Below are positions 49,063 through 58,417 of a stretch of 64,000 nt of DNA, piece after piece. The notes below the pieces were generated by a model. It did no database searches, had not been told where the DNA came from, and was given only the letters and a program-made list of their open reading frames with translations. Numbering within the stretch: position 1 is the first letter of the stretch; every line of letters starts with the position of its first letter. The position numbers were made by a program, and so were the translations under genes. Source of the stretch: Takakia lepidozioides (Eukaryota > Plantae > Bryophyta); NCBI GenBank assembly GCA_030704615.1, contig CM060731.1:87234001-87298000 (forward strand), given 5' to 3'.

Positions 49063-52000
49063 TCACCCCCTCCTCTAGCGCCGAGTTCCTTGAGGAGCGG
49101 TAAAATCTTGGACTTGCTTAGAGTTGGAGAAAATCCAAAATCCGACGAATGGTACTTGTCAAGTATTCGGCTTTTCGTTCTTGACTCAAATGATTTGTAG
49201 GTCCCTGCAACCATCGATAATGTCCAACACCTTGAACTTGGGACCACGCTGTGATTTGAGCATTCTGTTTTTCGAAACTGCCTTCAAACATGATTTCGTT
49301 GCCCTCTGGGTCCGAAGCCTCAACCTCCAACAAAATTATCAGACTTCGAGTAGGCTCCATTTGCCGTCGTACGGGGTCCAGACGAGGAAGTACGCGTCGC
49401 ATTGGTGGCCCATCGTCTCGAGAGCGTCGGCGTGATGTTGAAGGTCGTGAGAGTCGGAACGGCTGATCTGGTAGCTGGGTAAGCGACAACTCCAATGTAT
49501 CTGGTTCCTGTGACTTCATACTGCCAATACAAGATGCAAGAGTGCTGGAAGTGTAGCTATATATACTGATGTGTGGTGCTCCTCCTTCCTTAGCGTGTAT
49601 CAGGTACATTGAATGTGGAGTCTTCACCTTGAAGCTAACTTGGCTGACATCATCGTTGTGACGTCTTATTGACGTGTAGCTCGGGGCTTAGCTGGATATC
49701 GTTGATGAAACTCTTGGACTTTGTCAGATGCATTGGTGAGGTTGGATGAAGGTTCCCACGTTCGTTCGCTGATGTCGTAGCCTTTCCAATGTACGAAATA
49801 CTCAAGATGTTTATACTTGATGCGAGAGTCTAGGACTTCGTCGACTTCATACTCAATTTCTTGATTGACTTCGATTGGTGGAGGTGGTACGGAAACTCTC
49901 CCTGGAATATTCGATGGATGATACAACTCCAATAATGAAACATGAAAGACTGGATGGATGCGCATACTTCGTGGGAGTTCAAGCCGAAAACTGACCGGAT
50001 TTATTTGTCGAATAATTTTGAATGGGCCCAGGCGTTGATAATCCAACTTCCTTGATGGTCGCGAGGTTTGTATGTCCCGTCGAAGAAGCCACACACGATC
50101 TCCGACCTTGAACTGGGGTTGGAGTTGGCGACGTTGATCTGCATACTCCTTGTATTGTTTTTGAGCTTCTGCGAGGTGGAATGTAAGCTCTTTGTGAATC
50201 GTAGCAAGATGAGTAGCAAGGTTTTCTGCAGCAGGGCTTCCAACAGTCTTCATGTGGAAAGGGTTTGCTCGAGGATGATGACCATAATTGGAGAAAAATG
50301 GAGTTTGCTGGTCGAAGAATGTATAGTGTTGTTGTAGGCAAACTCAGCCAATGACAGAAGGTCCGTCCAATTATCTTGGTGATAATTTATCGTACAGCGA
50401 AGATACTGCTCCAAAATCTGGTTTACACGTTCGGTTTGACCATCAGTCTGTGGATGATTAGCTGTAGAAAGGTTGATCTTAGTATCCAATATGTGAAATA
50501 ATCCCCTCCAGAAATTTGATATGAACTGTGGTCCTCGATCAGATACGATGTCCTTCGGAGTCCATGAATGCGGTAGATATTATTGAGGAAGAGTCTTGCA
50601 GTTTCCTCGCCGGTAACTGTCTTATTACATGGAATGAAATGTGTCATCTTCGTAAAACGATCTACAATAACAAGGATTGAATCGGTGGTCTTGGAATTGG
50701 AAGGTCCGTAATAAAGTCCATAGACACGGACGACCATGGACCCTTGGGAATGGGTAATGGTTGAAGAAGGCCGTAAGGTCGATGTCGTGGTCCCTTCGCT
50801 CTAGCACACGTGTCGCAAGATTTTATAAATTCTTTCACGAGTTTCCACATCTGCGGCCACCAATAGTCCCTGGATATCAATTCCATTGTTTTGTTGAAGC
50901 CGAAATGTCCTGCAGCCGGAAGATCATGACATGTTTGAAGAATTCGAAGTCGTGTAGGTCCTGGAGGTACATAGAGAAGTCCCTTGAAATAAAGTAAGTC
51001 ATCTTTGAATTCGAAGTCGTTTGTAACATGTGGGTTGTCTCGAGGTCGATTTAGTTGACTTCGTAGTGTCGTAGCAAATTGGCTCTTCAGTGCTTCCTGA
51101 ATCTCCTTTATGATCTCTGCATCGTCATAGGTGGACATGGATAGCATATTCAATTGGAGATTTGTTGGTTTCAAGATGATGGATTTATGTTGGTCAAAAG
51201 CTGCATCCCCTTCTTTTGGCGCAAGATACGATCGTCGAGAAAGAGCATCTGGTTTTCCTTGAAGATGTCCGGGACGGTAGGTAATAACAAAATCAAACCT
51301 TGCTAGTGACATACTCCATCTCGCTTGACGTCGATTCAAAACACGAGCACTCATAAAATATTCGAGGTTTTTGTGATCGGTATAGACAGTGACCTGATAT
51401 TTAGCTCCCTCCAATAGATGACGCCACTCCTCAAAAGCATCGATAATCGCTAGAAGTTCTTTGTCATGGATTTCATAATTGATCTCCGCAGCGAAAAATT
51501 TGCGAGAACAAAAACCAACAGGGTGAAGTCGGCCATCTGTACCGTATTGTGAGAGTACCGCGCCAAGTGCAAAGTCCGATGCATCTGCTTCTAGGAAGAA
51601 TTTTTTAGATGGGTCTGCATGTACCAGTATTGGAGCCGTTGTAAATGTCTGCTTCAGCCTTTCAAATGTCTGGTCAGCCTTCTCGTCCCATACAAATTTG
51701 TCCTTCCTTGTGAGTCGTGTCAATGGCAGCAATTTTGGAGTAGTCATTGATGAAGATTCTATAGAAATTTGCAAAACCTAGAAAACATTGTACATCTCGG
51801 ACCGAAGTTGGTTTAATCCACTCGATGATGGTTTGTATTTTCTTCTGATCCATAAAGACACCTTTGTCGGAAATAATGTAGCCCAGAAATTCGACCTCAG
51901 ATTGATGGAAAAGACATTTCTCCAACTTGGCATATAGTCATCTTTCTCTTAATTTATCAAGGACAAGGCGTACATGGCGGCCATGTTCTTCTTCGTTCTG

Positions 52001-54297
52001 TGAAAATATCAAAATGTCGTCCAAATAGATGACTACAAAGTCATCTAAAAATTCTCGAAAGATGTCATTCATCATATGTTGGAAAATTGCTGGAGCATTT
52101 GTAAGACCGAAAGGCATAACACTGTATTCAAAATGTCCATACCTTGTTTGAAAAGCTGTTTCCATTTGTCTCCTTCTTTTATCCGTACAAGGTTATAAGC
52201 TCATCTCAAGTCGATTTTGGTGAAAATCTTCGCTCGTCCCAGCTGGTCGAGAAGCCCAGAAATCAGCACGGATAACGATTCTTGATTGTGACTTTGTTGA
52301 GCCCGCGATAGTCGACACACATGCGTAATGATCCGTCCTTCTTTTTCACAAACAAAATAGGCCCCCGCGGGTGATTTTGGAATGTCGGATGAAGTGCTTT
52401 GACAAATTTTCATCAATGTATTCGCGTAATGCAGCCAACTCCGTCTGGGATAAGTTATAGATTGGGCCGAATGGTGGTTGGGCTCCTTCTTGTAACTCAA
52501 TTGCACAGTCATAAGGTCGATGTTCTGGCAATATGTCTGCATTTTTCTTCTCGAAGACATATTTGAAATCTTGATATTGAGTGGGTAATGTTGAAGTACC
52601 TTTGTCTGTTGTGGTCTTGATCGAAGTCGCATAAAGTGCAAATGCCGCCTCCTTTTTGGTAGCTCTCATGAAGGCTCTAGCTCCAAGAAACAGGGGTTGA
52701 ATACCTTTGGTACTTTTGCATTTTTGTCTTGCCAAAAATTTTTCGTGATTGCCAGTCGATGTCAGGATTATGAAGTACAAACCAAGGAAGTCCAAGGATC
52801 ACAGGATTCGTTGGAGACTGGATGACATTGAAAACAATCTGTGATGCTTGATTTTTAAGCTTCACTTCAAGGGGTCGAGTTTCATGGTCAACATTTCCTG
52901 ATGCTAACGGTCGTCCATCGATAACTTCAACAGGGGCCGAGAATTTCTTTCTTACAAGCGTTAAATTGTGTTGCTTCGCAAAGTCTTTGTCAATAAAACA
53001 CGCTGAAGCGCCCGAGTCCAAAAGTGCTTCTACGGAGATATCTCGATTTTGCATCCTGATCTTTACTGGAACTGTGAAACAAGATACAGGGTCTGGAGGT
53101 AGAAATAGACCTTTTTTTTGTGAGAAATTTGGGGTGTCCAGCCGCATGGTCCCTACTGTGACTGGACATCTTCGTTTTCCGACCTCCTCATATCAAACAC
53201 TTGAGTGGTGCCCCGAGCTTTGAATCTTCTCTTGTTGGGGCAGTTTAATACCATGTGATCATTTTCTCCGCAATAAAGACATAATCCATTCGAACGCCGT
53301 CTTTGTTTTTCATGTGGCGTCAATGGCTTGAATCAGACAACATCAATCTGCATATGATCATTACCGGATGTCTGATGGATCGTTGTATTTGGTGCCGTAG
53401 TAGCAGCGGCATGCTGCGTCGTCGACCATCCAGATCGTTTCTCTTGACGTCTTTCGAACAAACAATTATCGCATGCAATGACTTGGGTGATGAATTCGCT
53501 CAGTGTACTCACGTTTGGCATTGTCAGCAACAAATCTTTAACATCATCTTTTAGGCCACATCAAAATTGACTAATGAGGCTCTTCTCATTCCAGTCAAGG
53601 TCGCACGCAAGTTGTCGAAATTTGGCAGCATAAACGGAAGCTGGACGTGCTCATTGTCGAAGATTTCGCATCTTTGTCTCTGCAACTCTCTCTCTATCGT
53701 TATCTCCAAACGTTGCAGTGAACTCGGACATGAACTCTTCAAAATTGTATAGTAAATGCGAATTTTTCTCTAATAGCGGTGCAAACCAAGATAGGGCAGT
53801 ACCTGATAGAAGGGTGCCCACGAATCCCACTTGAATACCTTCATCAGAGTAGCGTCGTGGATGTAGTCGTAGGAACAATCGTACTTGTTGAACAAAATCG
53901 CGAAATCTTGATTTCGTCCCATCAAATTTCTCGGTCATGCTGACATTTGGTTCCCTTGTAATCTGTTGAAGATTTGGAGGAACCGTTGCAGTAGGATTTG
54001 TTGTAGTAGGGACTCGTAAGGTTGAAGATCCATTGTTCGACTCATTCAACTCTGAAATTTGTTGTTGCAAATTGTTGATAGCATTGCCAAGGTCTTGAGA
54101 CTGATCAGCTTGTAGTTGGGCAGTAGAGGCACGAAGTTCTTGCATTTGGAGCTGAAGACTCTGCAATGTGACGACCATTTCCGCAAATGTGCCTTCCATC
54201 TTAACTAACTAAGGAACAAACTTCAATCTCGCCAAACTGTCAAGGACGAGAACATGACTGAACACAAACAAGAGATAAGACTAGAGGTACAAGGCTA
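48431..54297 (-). mobile_element. Ty3/gypsy chromovirus (Tcn1/Tf1-like), degenerate gag-pol with chromodomain
   Basis: Remnant 5' LTR 54238-54297; gag 54199-53153 (KFDGTKSRFRDF, LLSGTALSWF, CLYCGENDHMVLNC); protease LLDSGAS; [19 protein letters not shown]; RNase H DASDF/DKELLAI/DHKNL; integrase [26 protein letters not shown]; chromodomain YEVDEVLDSR...YFVHWKGY...TWEP ending at 49666; PPT AGAGGAGGGGGTGA 49063-49076; 3' LTR 48431-49062; TSD CAGGA. Confidence 0.95.
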
Positions 54298-54801
54298 TGC
54301 GGTGCCGCATTTCCAGAACGGACATGGACATGCATTGGCGATTGGACATGCTTGGACAATTGAAGGTCGAATATGGAAATGCGGTGCCGCATTTCGAATT
54401 CGAAGTATGGAAATGCCATGTCAAGAAAGGAAATGCGGTACCGCATTTCCGTTACAACCAGAATGGCGGAGTGGGAGATGTCGGAAATCGCTGCATGGAA
54501 AGAAATGAAATGCGGTGCCACATTTCCGAGCTTGGGCATGTACATGGTTCCGTATACTCATAGATGGATTTCCTTCACCTCAGGACTCTGATATTGCTGA
54601 CTCTAAAATATTCATCTGGACATACACATTGTAGAAATGAGACGCAAATTATAAATAGTGGGCCAATAACAGCAGTTCTTCCATACAATGAAACTTAGCA
54701 CACAGAAGTGAGGGACGATGGGTTGTTTTATTGATCAAACACGGTGTTTCACATTTAGCAACTCCAAACAAATCTAAGCCCTTCCGCCTTCTACATGGGC
54801 G

Positions 54802-55670
54802 TCAACAAGTCGACGGAACTTCGATAGCCCTCAAAATAAGCTCATTACTGACGTGGCACCTCCAGGTAAACTGCATTGCGGTCGTTCTGGTGCCCTTGGT
54901 GGAGTTGACGACAATGTCATGCCCATCAATGATACCACCATCATACATTGACAAGGTCACTGTGGGCCTCATGTGCCCGTGCGATTCGTCGTTGCAACTC
55001 AGCCGAACGTCTCCATACACTGGAAGAACGGAGTGAACTCCACGAATATAGTTTTCCCTGGTGCCGTCCTCCCTGGTCCACTGGCAGCAGTTCCAGCGCC
55101 AAAGCGAGGCCGTGCGTGATCAATCCGGCATCCCATTCCAGCTTGGTATATCGAGGTCAACAATTTGCAGCACCCACGGACCGCATTGACCCTCGCCCTC
55201 ACCTCGCTCAAAGCGGTAATAGTCCTCCAAATAATCCATTGCGTGCAATGACTCCCGCTTGACTCCAGAAGCGTCAGTGAAAACAGAGAGCCACACAATG
55301 ATGTCTCCTGATTTGGGTTTGAATATCGCATATTCGTGGCCATGATAAGGGCTGTCAGCAAGATTGCGGCGACACGGCATCCTTGCAAAAGATTAGCGGA
55401 GTACGCTCAATGACAACAGCTCCTGGATGGAGGAGGCAATAGCGCGGTGGCTGGAAGTAGTTCAAGGACATGACAATGTGTTTGCAAACGGTGCAATTCC
55501 TCACTTACACTCCAGGGCACATTTAAATTTCCCCCCCTACAAGAACCTGCACGGATGAAGATTGGCTGCTCTATGAATGTAGTCGATTCAGTTTCCTTCC
55601 GTGCCATGCAAACTATGGGCCGTAAGTGCCAGGTGGGCCTATAGCCACTCGAGACGACTTCATCCATCTC
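54802..55670 (-). pseudogene. Third putative cargo ORF of the MULE, unknown function, broken by stops and a frameshift
   Basis: Consecutive minus-strand ORFs 55703-55407, 55380-55120 and 55020-54802 (the last two in one frame across a TGA). A palindrome copy at 55682 lies just upstream of MDEVVSS. Confidence 0.45.
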
Positions 55671-55919
55671 CCCTTCGATGTAAATGCGGCACCGAATTTC
55701 CATCCAGGGGGATGGACTTTGGTGGCAAATGGCCGACTGTTCCCCGTGGGAGCGTAGCTACGGCGTGAGCCTAGCCGCGTGAGCCCAGGAGCTCGGCTCA
55801 CGCTTTGCCCTCTAAGCGTGAGCCCAGGGGTTTAGTGGAGGAAGAAGTAGGCCCCATTCCAGAGTCCTCTATTTAGAGAGGGACCTATTGTCGTAGAAGC
55901 AGTTATAGCGCTTAAAAAA

Positions 55920-57420
55920 AGAGGTATAGAAAGAATGGAATGGTCATTGTGAAACTTACTGAGGTTTTCTTATTGAAGAAGAGGTGAAAAAAAAAGGCTG
56001 GGTGAGTCATCATGAATCTTACTTAGGGATTCTTGCATGAATAAGAGGCAAGAAACGTTTGGATGCTCATTGTCAAGCTACCTGACGTTTCATGTATTTC
56101 ATCCATGGTGGACGGATGATGGATGGATGAAATATTGAAGGAGAGGTTAAAAATAATGAGGATGGGCAAGAATAGGCCCCAAAATATGACCCCTCATTGT
56201 GAAACATGCAATGGTTTTTGTTAACGTAGATGAGGTGAAAATTAAACAAATGGTCATCTTCAAGCTTATTTAGGCTTTGTTTGTGAAGAAGATGTGTAAC
56301 AAAATGAGCGGTTTATTGTGGAACTTGTTCAGGTTTGTGTTATTGAAGATGAGGTGAAAAAAAACATTGAGCTATCCTTGTGAAACTTGTTTAGGATTCT
56401 GTTATTGAAGAAGAGGTGAAAAAAAAATCAGATGGTCATCATGAATGCTTATTTAAGGTTTGTTTGTGAAGAAGAGGTGAAAAAAAAAGTTAAGCTCTAT
56501 CATTGTCAAACTTGTTCAGGTTTCTGTTATTGAAGAAGAGGTGAAAAAAGAAATCAGATGGTCATTATGAATGTTTATTTAGTGAAGAAGAGGTGAAAAA
56601 ATTGAGCTCTCATTCTCAAACTTGTTAAGGTTTCTGTTATTGAAGAAGAGGTGAAAAAAATAGCAGATGGTCATCATGAATGCTTATTTAGGGTTTGTTT
56701 GTGAAGAAGAGGTGAAAAAAAAATTTGAGCTCTATCATTGTCAAACTTCTTCAGGTTTCTGTTATTGAAGAAGAGGTGAAAAAAAAACCAGATGGTCATC
56801 ATGAATGCTTATTTAGGGTTTGTTTGTGAAGAAGAGGTGAAAAAAATTGAGTTGTATCATTGTCAAATCTTGTTCAGGTTTCTGTTGTTGAAAAAGAGGT
56901 GAAAAAACAATCATATGGTCATCATGAATAAATTAGGGATTGTTTGCGAAGAAGAGGTGAAAAAAAAACCAGATGGTCATCTTGAATGTTTATTTAGGGT
57001 TTGTTTGTGAATAAGAGGTGAAAAAAATTGAGTTGTATCATTGTCAATCTTGTTCAGGTTTCTGCTGTTGAAAAAGAGGTGAAAAAAAAATCAGATGTCA
57101 TCATGAATAAATTAGGGTTTGTTTGTGAAGAAGAGGTGAAAAAAAAACTTGAGCTGTATCATTGTCAAACTTGTTCAGGTTTCTGTTATTGAAGAAGAGG
57201 AGAAAAATAAAATCATATGGTCATCATGAATGCTTATTTAGGGTTTGTTTGTATAGAGGATGTGGAAAACAAATGAGCTGTCATTGTGAAACTTGTTCAG
57301 ATGCCTGTTATTCAAGAAGAAGTGGAAAAAAAAACAGATGGTCATCATGAAGCTCATTTACGCAATGCTTCTGTAGAGGCCGTGAAAAAATAAAATGAGC
57401 TTTCATACTGACACTTGTCC
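55920..57420. repeat. Satellite of ~60-bp monomers organised as a ~120-bp dimer
   Basis: Over 20 recurrences of TGAAGAAGAGGTGAAAAAAA. Type A (CAGATGGTCATCATGAATGCTTATTTAGGGTTTGTTTG) mostly alternates with type B (TGAGCTCTATCATTGTCAAACTTGTTCAGGTTTCTGTTAT); both edges are more degenerate. Confidence 0.95.
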
Positions 57421-57672
57421 ATGTTTGACAGGCCCGCGAACAATATATATATATATAATAAATTTTTCCAGGGCATTGTTGGGGGTGGGGGCAGAAGTGG
57501 TGTGCGTTGACGCACACAATTTTAGAGGCTCGTAAACCAAACCCGATGAAAAAAAAAACTACCTTTCATAACGAGACATCGTCTGCTTGTCCAGATTTAA
57601 GAACTGTGTATACATGCTCTACAAACAAGACAGCTCTTTCCGACATTGCGAAAAATCGCAACATATGCAACA

Positions 57673-58417
57673 CTACTCGATATTGCCAATGTCTCGCTGC
57701 AAAAGTGTCCGTACCTCACCAGGACCAAGTGTCGTCTGATGAATGATTTGGTCTCTTTTGGGATCACAATACATCCTGCGCAAAAAGATGTAGTAAAGTT
57801 GCTTGCAGGGAACCCATTTCCCTCTCTTTCCTAGAGCTTCCTCACGCATGCACATGAAGTCGGGACAGGTACACCCAGGAAAATTTCCCACCGTCACCTG
57901 ATAGGCCCTGTCGTGCAAAACAGACCCAGATGTGACCAATGTATAAACCCGTCCATACCCAGGTGAAGGTACTTCCATAGTTCCTATTACCCGAGCCTGA
58001 AGTAGTTTGGCCGATTCCACCTTCGCATCGTGATCAGGCCCCGAAGCCACCCGATGCACTGTTTTACCATTCCTTCTCGTGGGATGCGAAGTATCGTCTG
58101 GAGGAGGCACCATAGCAGCAAGGCCACCAAGAGTCGACGCCACAGATCGGTGCAGACAAAAGCCGGCGTCCTCCAACTTGCTAACTCCAGTGGTGTTAGG
58201 GAGGTTCCCACCCGCACTGGCCAAATGGTGGGTGGGGGAGGCTTAGCAATGCAGGAGTCGCGGACGGTACCATTCACACAGCGAGCCATATCGTCCGGGC
58301 AGAACCAGAATTTGTGCGTCTTCGACTCCTTTGACATATATGGCCGAATCAAACTTGTGAATGTCGGAGCTGGAGTACCCGCTAAGCCTTTGGCTATCTT
58401 GGACTTACATTTTTCAG
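57673..58417 (-). pseudogene. C-terminal fragment (SWIM finger) of a second, diverged MULE transposase, truncated at the LTR
   Basis: PAPTF, FWFCPDDMARCV, WPVRVGT, PGYGRVYTL and YQVTVGNFPGCTCPDF...WVPCKQLYYIF are colinear with 40474-39380 (PTPTF, FWFCRHD, WPVEPG, PGFGFVYQM, CNCTDF...PCKHLYYVY). Confidence 0.85.

Larger units (their letters stand above)
38740..55830. mobile_element. Large degenerate Mutator-like (MULE) element with cargo genes, interrupted by a chromovirus and an inversion; termini not identified
   Basis: Contains the transposase (39380-42648, minus), a ParB/MTase-like gene (plus) and a third ORF (54802-55670, minus). About 23 copies of one 18-bp palindrome run from 38974 to 55699. 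The boundaries are inferred from where the palindrome occurs. Confidence 0.65.

Noticed and set aside
55920-57420. CRISPR-like array of GAAGAAGAGGTGAAAA repeats
   Set aside because: The intervening sequences alternate between two types, so this is a satellite, not unique spacers.
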